This document shows, in pieces, positions 26,297 through 37,480 of a stretch of 64,000 nt of DNA. A program made the translations under genes and the position numbers. The DNA lies in assembly GCA_951406725.2 (NCBI GenBank), contig OX597818.1:46996001-47060000 (forward strand), given 5' to 3'. The notes under the pieces were generated by a model. That model did no database searches, had not been told where the DNA came from, and saw nothing but the letters and a program-made list of their open reading frames with translations. Source of the DNA: Octopus vulgaris. Lineage: Eukaryota. Position 1 is the stretch's first letter, and each line of letters begins with the position of its first letter.

Positions 26297-26425
26297 TGAT
26301 GTTGTGAACATTGAGGACCGTTACAAGATTAATGACTGACCTTGTAGCCGAAGACAGAACACATTTGATGTAGCCCAGGATGTAATGATAAACATTCTAA
26401 TAATGCCATCACATGGAACTGGACA
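26297..26425 (-). ncRNA. Intronic box H/ACA snoRNA, type A
   Basis: Nearly identical to 23012-23140, boxes intact. Confidence 0.78.
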
Positions 26426-26529
26426 AAGAATATGAATACTGAGAAGACTCAATTATTGACTACTTACAATTTATTCAAGATTTATCCAGATTTACCATGG
26501 TAACAATGTATGTTTGGGTAAAATATTAA

Positions 26530-27890
26530 CCCTTCTGTAGAGCACCCATTGTTATTTAAATGTGAATTTGAACACAAATCTCAGTACATTCGTGAAAACA
26601 CGATTTCACTTTTCCCCCACATTTTTGCAGCACCAATTTTTTTTTTTTTTTTTTTTTTCTTTTCCAACTTTGAAAATGGATAGGAGTTTCATGCTATCAT
26701 CAAGCAGTGATTCTGAATTTGAAGGGTTTTCAATGGAAGATATGGAGATATAGAGAAAAAGAATGAGGTACAAAAGCACGTGGTGTATGAGAATGAATAG
26801 GATATTTCTGTATCCGAAACCAGTAATTCTGAAGAAACTGAAAGCAGCAATAGCGACAGAGAGGACAATTTTACATAGGAATGGAGTAAAAAATTTTGAA
26901 ATGCTTCTATCAACAACTTTTCTGGGGAAACGGAGCCAACCCATAGTCTTTCTTAGGAAGCGAAACTGCTAGACTTCATTTTCTTATTTTTCCAGTATGC
27001 TTGTTTAAAGCTATCACTGCGGAAACAAACCATTATGCAGAATGTAAAACAGTATATGCTAGGAAAGCCCATGAAATGGGAGATCAAAGTTTGTGAGTAC
27101 TGCTGTGGATTTAGTTTTTATACAGGGAAGAGACAATAATGCTAGTCAGCATGGCCTAGGGTACGATGTGGTGTGGAATTTATCAATTCCATGCTAAAAC
27201 CAGGACCTTATATTATTTTTGGACCAATTTTTTTAGTTCAGTCAAACTTGCAGTGGAGTTAGAAGCTGTGGCAACGTATACATGTCCTACAGTAATTGCT
27301 AGTAGAAAAGGGCTGCTGTTGGATATAAATAAAAGCAAAATGAAAAGATGAAATAATCCAATGGCAGAAAGGAAATCTGCTAGCAACCACATACTCTAGA
27401 GATAAGCGACATAAATTTCCCATCTTAATACTGCACAACCATGTGTTGATGAAAATGGCACCCCGTTTGTGAACCTTGATAATAACAGGTACATGGATGG
27501 TGTGGATCGGCTGAACCAGGTGAAGAGGTATTATCCGGTTGGCAGACTGAGTAATAAATGGTGGCGATACCTGGTGTAATATATAGTGAACATGAGCATA
27601 GCAGTGTGACCCTCTGCAGTTCCAAGCAGATGTAGCAACGCAGTTGAGGACAGGCTATTCCTCCAAAAAAAATAACTAGAGGAAGAAAAAGCAAAGCCTG
27701 CCAGAGAGATATCCCCGAGTTCAGTCAATCTCCATAAATTAGAAAAAAATTCAAGGGTCACAAAAAGCAGTGCCGTGAATGTCTATCAATAAGGAAAAAC
27801 TCCCAGTGGACAGCCGGTTGAAAGGTCTTTCCAATGTGCATTCTGCAAGGTTGCAGTATGTACAGTGGGATGTTTTACAACTTTCCATGA
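26530..27890 (+). mobile_element. Decayed, internally deleted piggyBac (PGBD-like) transposon
   Basis: TTAA-CCCTT left end; SSDSEFEGFS acidic N-terminus; NFFSSVKL; NRYMDGVDRLNQ...KWWRY; Cys-rich C-terminus (C..C...C...CF..FH); several frameshifts. Confidence 0.85.
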
Positions 27891-28141
27891 TAGAAATATT
27901 GTATATAGGTATGATTAGATTGTATAAATACTTTTCAAATCTATTTCGTTTTACCTTTTATTTACTTGCAACTTTAAATGTCTCATCTCTGCACAGTTGT
28001 TTTCTTTATTACAAACAACAAGCTCCAATACAACCTACTGCCATATTTATGCTATATTCAACGTTTCCACAACATAAAACGTCATGGAGATACAGTACTT
28101 GTTACATCAGTATGAATGTTTTTTTAAAAAAATAGCTATTA

Positions 28142-28270
28142 TGATGTTGCGAACATTGAGGACCATTACAAGATTAATGACTGACCTTGTAGCCGAAGAC
28201 AGAACACATTTGATGTAGCCCAGGATGTAATGATAAACATTCTAGTAATGCCATCACATGGAACTGGACA
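28142..28270 (-). ncRNA. Intronic box H/ACA snoRNA, type A
   Basis: Copy within the duplicated block 28140-28770; boxes intact. Confidence 0.75.
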
Positions 28271-28395
28271 AAGAATATGAATAATACTGAGAACCTTCAA
28301 TTATCAACTACCTAACATCAAGGAGATACAATACCGGATGCTAAACGATGACGATGTTACACCAGTGTGAATGGTTTATTAAAAAATAGCTATTA

Positions 28396-28526
28396 TGATG
28401 TTGTGAACTTTGAGGACCGTCACAAGATTAATGACTGACCTTGCAACCGAAGACAGAACACATTTTATGTAGTCCAAGTAGTTATGATAAACAATACTTA
28501 ATAATGTCATCACATGGAAATGGACA
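28396..28526 (-). ncRNA. Intronic box H/ACA snoRNA, type B
   Basis: H box variant ACATAA still fits ANANNA; ACA box intact. Confidence 0.72.
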
Positions 28527-29320
28527 GAAACAAAATATCCTACAACAGGAATCAACAAATAATTTTTACACATTTATCACCAAATAATAAGCATTCTAAT
28601 ATTCAATGTCATAGCATAGATCTGGACACAAACATGGACAACACTCTACGAAATCTCAATCACCACCAAGCTAATGATACACGTCTGTTCTGAGTGAAGA
28701 AAACCAATGCAAAATAGCTTCAGGAACTTAATTTACACACCAAAGAAGATCACAAATTGTGAGAACACTTTCCTTGCTATCACAATTTAGTGCACAGCAT
28801 GGATATGCACCGATAGTTTCAATATTGGTTTAAATTATCTCTATTACAGTTGACATCTGTGAGCAAACAACATACAGACAAAAGGAATATCTTGCTGGCT
28901 GCTTTAGCACATTTGATTCCATTCAAGTTTTCATGAGTATTCCAATATATTTACGTGAACATTTCTCTGGACAGAAGCATGAATAATTTCAAGATTCAAT
29001 TATCACGAAACTAACAATATACAAGTTTGAGAATATAGAAAACTGACAAATTACATTAGGACACATTTTCTTTGTAATAAACATGAAATCAAAGCACACA
29101 AGTGTATATAGATTGTTATTGTTGTAAAGAGGCTGGATATAGGTGGACACACTCACATTTTTAAACTGTCACCTATTTCTCTCATTCCGTTTGTGCTATT
29201 TTACCAATAAAATATTGAAGTTGTTTCACAGAACCAGTCTGGAGTCTTGACTATTTGAAACAAATATCTTAATTAGAAAAATGGTAATATGATATAGAAT
29301 TGGTTAAAATATTGTCATCA

Positions 29321-29420
29321 TGATGTTGTAAACGTTGAGGCCCGTTACAAGATTAATAACTGACCTTGTAGCCGAAGACAGAACACATTTGATGTAGTCC
29401 AGGATGTAATGATAAACATT
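29321..29420 (-). pseudogene. 5'-truncated type A H/ACA snoRNA copy
   Basis: Keeps hairpin 2, the H box and the 3' arm of hairpin 1; the 5' arm is replaced by the edge of the tandem repeat. Confidence 0.65.
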
Positions 29421-29568
29421 TACATATTTATGAATATTTAAGTAAATTTGTGCTATTTTACCCAACGAAAAATAAAAGACGTAGTCTAATGTCTTGAATT
29501 TAGTTGAAACACAATTTGTGTATTTCAGTTCGATGTACGCTAATGAACAGGTCAAAACATTACTGTTA

Positions 29569-29697
29569 TGATGTTGTGGACATTGAGGACTGTTACAAGA
29601 TTAACGACTGACCTTGCAGCTGAAGACAGAACACATTTGATGTAGTCCAGGTTGTAATGATAAACACTCTAGTAATGCCATCATATGGAACTGGACA
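29569..29697 (-). ncRNA. Intronic box H/ACA snoRNA, type C
   Basis: Perfect GTCCAG/CTGGAC lower stem, ACATCA H box, ACA-TCA end. Confidence 0.75.
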
Positions 29698-30426
29698 AAA
29701 AATATGAACAATACTTCCGAATCTGCGAAGAAAAATCAGCATTTCAAAATCTTAATTCTTCCCACCTACCAAGTTTTCACTTTTTTAAAAAGAAATCCTG
29801 GGACTAATGCAGTTTCGCACCTATCTTTGAAAAATGCATTTATTTGAAAAGTTTTTTTTCCAGATTCCTACGTTTTAGACGTCAGAGATTACGAATATGC
29901 AAAAAAAAAAAAAAACCCTACCACCACTCCCATTTAAAATTTTGAACTTTTTCGAAATTTTTTTGCCTATGGTTTAGATGACAGATTCTAGATGTGCAAG
30001 AAACCACGTTTTGAAACTTTTAAAATCAATAAGTATATAGAAAGGTGTATAAAGAGATAGATATGTCTTCCTGTGGCTAAAAACAACAGTAACACCGTCT
30101 TGTATAGGACCACCACATTTTAGTTGACTATGGAACAAGGAGGGGTAGATAGAGAAATAAATGAATAAAAATGTTCAAAATATAAAATAGAGCAAGGGGT
30201 GAAATTTGAGCCCCTTATAAAATTTTACAACATTATTAAATGTTTGTTTCTCATAAAATGGCTCACATGGGGATGTGGTATATACTTAATTTACCTATTT
30301 ATGAATTTGTGCTATTTTACCCAACGAAAAATAAAGACGTAGTCTAATGTCTTGAATTTAGTTGAAACACAATTTGTGTATTTCAGTTCGATGTACGCTA
30401 ATGAACAGGTCAAAACATTACAGTTA

Positions 30427-30555
30427 TGATGTTGTGGACATTGAGGACTGTTACAAGATTTACGACTGACCTTGCAGCTGAAGACAGAACACATTTGATG
30501 TAGTCCAGGTTGTAATGATAAACACTCTAGTAATGCCATCATATGGAACTGGACA
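30427..30555 (-). ncRNA. Intronic box H/ACA snoRNA, type C
   Basis: Tandem-unit copy, boxes intact. Confidence 0.75.
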
Positions 30556-31304
30556 AAAAATATGAACAATACTTCCGAATCTGCGAAGAAAAATCAGCAT
30601 TTCAAAATCTTAATTCTTCCCACCTACCAAGTTTTCACTTTTTTAAAAAGAAATCCTGGGACTAATGCAGTTTCGCACCTATCTTTGAAAAATGCATTTA
30701 TTCGAAAAGTTTTTTTTTCCAGATTCCTACGTTTTAGACGTCAGAGATTACGAATATGCAAAAAAAAAAAAAAAAAAAACCTACCACCACTCCCATTTAA
30801 AATTTTGAACTTTTTCGAAATTTTTTTGCCTATGGTTTAGATGACAGATTCTAGATGTGCAGGAAACCACGTTTTGAAACTTTTAAGTTCAATAAGTATA
30901 TAGAAAGGCGTATAAAGAGATAGATATGTCTTCCTGTGGCTAAAAACAACAGTAACACCGTCTTGTATAGGACCACCACATTTTAGTTGACTATGGAACA
31001 AGGAGGGGTAGATAGAGAAATAAATGAATGAAAATGTTCAAAATTTAAAATAGGGGAAGGGGTGAAATTTGAGCCCCTTATTAAATTTTACAACATTATT
31101 AAATATGTTTGTTTCTCATAAAATGGCTCACATGGGGATGTGGTATATACTTAATTTACATATTTATGAATATTTAAGTAAATTTGTGCCATTTTACCCA
31201 ACGAAAAATAAAAGACGTAGTCTAATGTCTTGAATTTAGTTGAAACACAATTTGTGTATTTCAGTTCGATGTACGCTAATGAACAGGTCAAAACATTACT
31301 GTTA

Positions 31305-31431
31305 TGATGTTGTGGACATTGAGGACTGTTACAAGATTAACGACTGACCTTGCAGCTGAAGACAGAACACATTTGATGTAGTCCAGGTTGTAATGATAAA
31401 CACTAGTAATGCCATCATATGGAACTGGACA
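31305..31431 (-). ncRNA. Intronic box H/ACA snoRNA, type C (2-nt deletion at the hairpin-1 apex)
   Basis: Tandem-unit copy, boxes intact. Confidence 0.72.
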
Positions 31432-32172
31432 AAAAATATGAACAATACTTCCAAATCTGCGAAGAAAAATCAGCATTTCAAAATTTTAATTCTTCCCACC
31501 TTCCAAGTTTTCACTTTTTTTAAAAGAAATCCTGGGACTAATGCAGTTTCGCACCTATCTTTGAAAAATGCATTTATTCGAAAAGTTTTTTTTTTTCCAG
31601 ATTCCTACGTTTTAGACGTCAGAGATTACGATTATGCAAAAAAAAAAAAAAAAAAAAACCCAACCACCACACCCATTTAAAATTTTGAACTTTTTCGAAA
31701 TTTTTTTGCCTATGGTTTAGATGACAGATTCTAGATGTGCAAGAAACCACGTTTTGAAACTTTTAAAATCAATTAAGTATATAGAAAGGTGTATAAAGAG
31801 ATAGATATGTCTTCCTGTGGCTAAAAACAACAGTAACACCGTCTTGTATAGGACCACCACATTTTAGTTGACTATGGAACAAGGAGGGGTAGATAGAGAA
31901 ATAAATGAATGAAAATGTTCAAAATTTAAAATAGGGGAAGGGGTGAAATTTGAGCCCCTTATTAAATTTTACAACATTATTAAATATGTTTGTTTCTCAT
32001 AAAATGGCTCACATGGGGATGTGGTATATACTTAATTTACCTATTTATGAATTTGTGCTATTTTACCCAACGAAAAATAAAGACGTAGTCTAATGTCTTG
32101 AATTTAGTTGAAATACAATTTGTGTATTTCAGTTCGATGTACGCTAATGAACAGGTCAAAACATTACTGTTA

Positions 32173-32301
32173 TGATGTTGTGGACATTGAGGACTGTTAC
32201 AAGATTAACGATTGACCTTGCAGCTGAAGACAGAACACATTTGATGTAGTCCAGGTTGTAATGATAAACACTGTAGTAATGCCATCATATGGAACTGGAC
32301 A
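32173..32301 (-). ncRNA. Intronic box H/ACA snoRNA, type C
   Basis: Copy closest to the intron 5' end, boxes intact. Confidence 0.75.
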
Positions 32302-33442
32302 AAGAATATGAACAACATTCTGAGAAGATTCATTTACAAACCTCACCAAGTTAATGGCATTCATCTATTGTAAATGATGAAAACTACAACAGTTTTGAGA
32401 AATTTTGTTTTCATCAAACAAAGTTTTAGCATTTTATCTAAAATTTAGTCTGATGTTCTGAAAACTCTCAAAACTAAAAACAGTACATAACCTGTTTATG
32501 ATTGACTTTCCAAATACCTAATATCATATGCTGTAAGAACTTAAATATATTGCTGCAAAAGAGGACTTTTTGCAAGACTAATGCAGATTCGTATCTCCCT
32601 TTGAAAAATGCATTTTTCTGGAAAAGCTTATTTGAATTCCTAAGTCTTACATGTCGGAGATTATAAATATGCAAAAAAAAAAAAAAGTTACACCCCACCC
32701 CATTCTAAATGTATAGTGTAGAAATTTCATTAAAGCAGGTTTTTCACACTTTCTATGCTCATTTGGTTAAACTATAGAAACTGTTTCGATATTGCTAAAA
32801 TCCCTATATTTTTCCACATTTACATACCTACGTTAATGAAATTTCCACAATGTAAGATACATTTAAAACGGGGGGGGGGGGGTTTTGCATATTCATAATC
32901 TGCATATTCATGTAAAAACTAGGAATCCTATTTTAAATTTTTTCAGAAAAATGCACTTCTCAAGGTGAGGCATGAATCTGCATTAGCCCATTTGCTATAC
33001 TGAAGGGAGCCTTTCCGATTCCAGCAGCATCATATTTAGTATGTTGAAGACAATACAATTTTTACAGCACAAAAATGCTAGACCAATCTAACGCAACTGA
33101 TTTCTGTGATAAGATTCCATCACAACCATATGACCCAAGACTGATAGAGAAAAGAAACAGGAGCACTTAATGCCAAAAGACCAAATTTATAACAAGAAAA
33201 ATAAATTGCATGCTATACAATACCAACAGATAGATCTGGACAGAAGCAGCAATAAAAGTACATGGGAACTCTTTACACGTACTGCACCTCATACGATGAT
33301 TCAAGTATCTATGCTTACTAATTCAATCTGGTTCTCCTGGTCAATAAAAGCCCTGCATTCCACCACTCCAGCACCAATGAGAAGCATGCTAACCACCGTC
33401 AGCTTTTGTACTACGCAATAATTGAACCAATCAGATACTTAC

Positions 33443-33552
<110 letters not shown>

Positions 33553-33564
33553 CTAGAAATATAC

Positions 33565-33762
33565 GGTACCCCTAGCGAAGACTGGACCCGGTGCGCGCAC
33601 ACGCGCTAGCTAGTCGTAAGTAGTCGATCCTACGACTTGCGCGTATGCAAATGAGTTGATTTTACAGAATAAAATAAAATAATTTTTTAAAGAAAGTAAA
33701 TAAATTATTTCTTAGAACAAATATGTGTGCGCGCTCCGGGTCCAGTCTTCGATTGTAGTACC
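33565..33762. mobile_element. GGTAC-terminated MITE with perfect 9-bp TSD
   Basis: GAAATATAC on both sides; long imperfect TIRs. Confidence 0.8.
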
Positions 33763-33976
33763 GAAATATACATGATCTAACTATTGATTGTTCAATTGTT
33801 ACAGCCTAATTCCACTCTTAAATCTCAAACACATTTTCATGATGGTATTTATAAACTCATAAATTATAAATATAACAAAGTAATAAGCTATTGATATTGT
33901 ACGTTTGAACTTTCAAAACCCCCAGCTGAATTTTTTGAAAATGTAAAATTAAGAAGAAAAAAAACCATTGTCTTAC

Positions 33977-34040
33977 CAACTCGACCGTGTCCGTGACTCA
34001 CGTGTCCTCTTAATTTTCTTGTCTTCTTCCTTTTTGTGGC
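33977..34040 (-). CDS. RPL27A: RPL27A coding exon 2
   Basis: ctcttag|[22 protein letters not shown]|GTAAGA; 64 nt. Confidence 0.97.
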
Positions 34041-34368
34041 CTAAGAGAGAAAATACGAAATCTGACACTCTAGGACTTAGCAAAGCATACTTTGGGGAAG
34101 GAAAAAAAAACGTTTTGGATGATTTATGAACACAAAGATTTATTTTGTAAATATAATTTAGTATAAAACAGCCGTACATTAAAAGTTTGATACAGTGCAC
34201 CTGAATATGCATGCAGCAAACCAACAACTTGTTCAAATTCCTACTTGACTGTATCGTCTTTATTCCATTATTTCCCTTAGAACCAACGAGTTGAAGCACC
34301 ACGCCAGGTACTCTTAGTATATTGTCTCTCCACACACGTCTGAATGTTAACTGCAGGATGCTCTAACC

Positions 34369-34569
34369 GGTACTACTTGAGAACAGTGGTCCCGATGCGC
34401 GCCAGCTAGTCATAACTAGTCGATCCTTACTTTGTTTTTGTTATTTACTTTGTGTAAAATTTTTTATTTATTTTGTGTTTTATTTACTTTGTTACATAGT
34501 CGTAGGATCGACTACTTACGACTGGATACGCGACTGCGCGTACCGGGACCACTGTTCGCTAGTAGTACC
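34369..34569. mobile_element. GGTAC-terminated MITE with 9-bp TSD
   Basis: Flanks gctctaacc / gctataacc; TIR GGTACTAC...GTAGTACC. Confidence 0.8.
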
Positions 34570-36039
34570 GCTATAACCTGGTTTGCAACAGTTTTCAAAA
34601 TAAATGCGTATGGCAAGACAATCCTCGCTAATAAGTGCAACTATTTTGTAAATACCTGTGCAAAATAATGAAAGCAATGTTTATTCAGTGCACATGGTGG
34701 AGACAATCCCACTTTTTCAAAGAAAAGTGCGAAACTGCATTAGTCCCTCAATATGTTATGTCTCCACTGCCCTGGAAAGTAAACAGTGCCCGTTTCTTTA
34801 ATCTTTCGCTCCCTAACAGAGCAATGCAGATGCTATTTCTAAATACCTATTCCTTTATTACCCACAAGGGGCTAAACAGAGGGGACAGACATAGGTATTA
34901 AGTCGATCACATCGACCCCAGTTGCGTAACTGGTACTTAATTTATCGACCCCGAAAGGATGAAAGGCAAAATCGACCTCGGCGGAATTTGAACTCACAAC
35001 CGATATCCAAAATATTGGTGCAAAGAAAATTATTCTGCCGATATTTGACGTGTAATTTTTCACGACTATTCCAAATAATTATGTAGAGCAGAGAGTTTCT
35101 CATATAATTGCAGAAGGCGGTATGAAAACAAAAATATATTTTATACCATATATATACAAATTGGAGCAGTGAATTCGACAGAGCTGACTTTAAAAAATGG
35201 AAATTAGGCAAAGATAGTTGTACAGATGAAGCTTAAGGCCTTTAGTATTTAAACCGGCCAAAATATTTAATTTGCTTTATGTTCAAATTGACCAGATCCA
35301 GGCTCTCACACCTGCCCTACAATGTTATTCTACATTCAGTAATTACACCATCAAGATCTTGAAGATATGAGATAATGCATGATTAATTCAAATCATTGTG
35401 AATTAATTAATAAGCATTAGGTTTGATAGAATAATCAGAACACTAAAGGGTTAAGGCCTTTACTGCCTCCCCGAAAACTGAGAAATGGCTAAAATTACAA
35501 GTTCTGGAGCCATAGATGTGTAGATAAATTTCACATACGTATTCTTAATAAATATAAGATCGCCATAAACATAAGTCCAACATTGCTGTGTTAATAAATT
35601 AAGAGTCTATTTACACAATAATGTTTGAATGTATATTTATGAAACACGTGAATCTGCTCAGGTTTAGTAAGAACTTATATTGAGGATATAATTAAGATTG
35701 AATTAACGATAAACTAAATCTTTGAATAGTGAACGGTCATTTAAAGTAAAAAGCAAAGTTTTAAATAAATATGTAGTACTTCAGGATACTTATCAAAAAA
35801 TTATATATCGCAGTTTTATAAAAGGACGTAAATTTGTAACGAATGCGAAGGGATTATGGCTACATGTGTTTAAAGCAATTTAAAATAAAATCTAAGGCTC
35901 AAATAACAGAAATAATAAACTAGTTAAATACAATATACCATAATGAGTTAAAATATAGTGGATAGGCAAAAAATAATATTTCAAAACAATATGATTGAAA
36001 TGGATTTCATGCCAGATACGATTCGACAAGTGTACTCAC

Positions 36040-36042
36040 CAT
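36040..36042 (-). CDS. RPL27A: RPL27A exon 1 coding part (ATG only)
   Basis: ...ttctttctcataATG|GTGAGT; completes a 450-nt CDS (149 aa). Confidence 0.85.
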
Positions 36043-36135
36043 TATGAGAAAGAACTCAAAAGGAATACACAACGGAAGTTACGATATATTTTGACATGCC
36101 TAACGCTGACTTCCTGTAAAGAGCTTCCGTTTTAC
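36043..36135 (-). promoter_or_regulatory. RPL27A TCT/5'-TOP start and ETS-like promoter motifs
   Basis: Minus strand ATTCCTTTTGAGTTCTTTCTC pyrimidine-rich start (TSS about 36063-36062); CGGAAG/CTTCC motifs near 36073, 36110 and 36124. Confidence 0.7.
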
Positions 36136-36227
36136 TGCTTTGCGCAAGGTGCTTGCACGCAATTAGTATGTACCTCTGGGTACCGTAAAATAAACGTCTT
36201 CGGATAGGTTATTATTTTTATTTATAT

Positions 36228-36612
36228 ACTAGCAGTATAACCCAGCGTTGCTCGGTCTTTTCGACCCTTTAGAATTGGAATTTTTGAAAACTAAAAATGT
36301 TGCATTATGTAGCTTGTTTATTCTAATTAAGTGAACATTTTTCATACACCAAAAAAATGACGACACAGCAGTCAAAAAATCGTATAAAATAGGGATTTTC
36401 ATAGAAAAAAAAGCATCTTTTTGATGTAAATAATTTTTGGTGTTAACATGGACCGATTTGAATTTTTTTCTTCGACGGAAGGAAGAGTAAGCCTTCTATC
36501 ATACTCTCAATTTTAGTCAACTTGTGTCACAGGGTCTTGGAGGAGATAGCGTTAGTTGAAGGCTACCAAACCTGCCATGCACAGACAACTTCAGCTTTAT
36601 ATTGAGAGAGAT
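36228..36612 (+). mobile_element. Non-autonomous Helitron/Helentron (DINE-1/HINE-like) element upstream of the RPL27A promoter
   Basis: ACTAGCAGTA start with a GC hairpin, cagacaacttcagctttat...gat end; second copy at 40269-40662. Confidence 0.55.
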
Positions 36613-37068
36613 ATGAATAAATTATTTCCCCTCATCAATTTTAATGTCTTATTTTCCTTAGTTCTCTGGAAAATCGTGTAAGCGTTCCCTGACAAAGTAC
36701 ATGCCGGAACTACTGATATAATCGTCTGTTTCACAAAAAAATATTTATTTGATCGTTTTCAGATGTAAAACGTGAAGGTAATGCTAGCGAAAATTGGAAG
36801 TATTTAAGTCAGGGTAAAAGCAGAATTCCGCCCCAAAAAGTTGTGCCATTCAGAAAGTTCCCCGACTGCAGTTTTGCCCAAACTGATTTAGATTCTGAAT
36901 GTAAGGGGAGGAAAATGCACGGCATTTTGATCTGGAACTGTACTGGATATCTGCGAAAAAATATGACCCTTTGATTACAAGCAATATAATCCAGTTACAC
37001 CATACCTGCACAAGTGTGCTCTCTGATCGAGTTTGTTTCCTCATAACTTGCAGAAGACTGGGTATCTT

Positions 37069-37480
37069 TTTAATGAAATTTACTACAAATATACTTCAGA
37101 TGGTGGAGATTCCGATTATATCGGAATTTATGGTGAAAATATTTTTCCGAGGATGGGGAGAGGAGTTTCGGAAAATTCATACTGGTCGGCTTTGTTTCCT
37201 CATATCTTTCAGGAAAATGTATATATTTAATAAAATTTTCTACAATTACCTCTCAGAGTGTGTAAATCTTATATTTTTTAATGAAATTTACTACAAATAT
37301 ACTTCAGTTGGTGTAGATTCCGATTATATCGGAATTTATGATGAAAATATTTTTCCGAGGATGGAAAAAGAAGTTTCGGAAAATTCACACTGGTCGGCTT
37401 TGTTTCCTCATATCTTTAAGGAAAATGTATGTTTTTTAATAAAATTTTCTACAGTTACCTCTCGGAGTGTAAATCTTATA
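37069..37480. repeat. Direct tandem duplication of ~207 bp
   Basis: TTAATGAAATTTACTACAAATATACTTCAG...CCTCTC occurs twice; a related inverted segment lies near 38080-38190. Confidence 0.85.

Larger units (their letters stand above)
28140..28770. repeat. Direct duplication of 23010-23650 (type A + type B snoRNA block)
   Basis: Near-identical ~630-bp sequence at both locations. Confidence 0.92.
29417..32315. repeat. ~870-bp tandem repeat (about 3.3 units), one snoRNA per unit
   Basis: Spacing between snoRNA 3' ends is 858, 878 and 868 nt; units differ by scattered SNPs, short indels and homopolymer lengths. Confidence 0.95.

Noticed and set aside
23012-32301. Repeated hairpins read as a microRNA cluster or CRISPR-like array
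   Set aside because: The hairpins have large internal loops and come in pairs with H and ACA boxes; there is no repeat-spacer structure and the context is eukaryotic. Small-RNA data could still show sno-derived RNAs
34259-34277. Short match to 18S-like GGAAATAATGGAATA in RPL27A intron 1
   Set aside because: Sense rather than antisense to rRNA on the host strand and has no snoRNA boxes; probably chance in AT-rich DNA
33973-34335. 120-aa ORF overlapping RPL27A exon 2
   Set aside because: Out of frame with the real exon and runs through intron sequence
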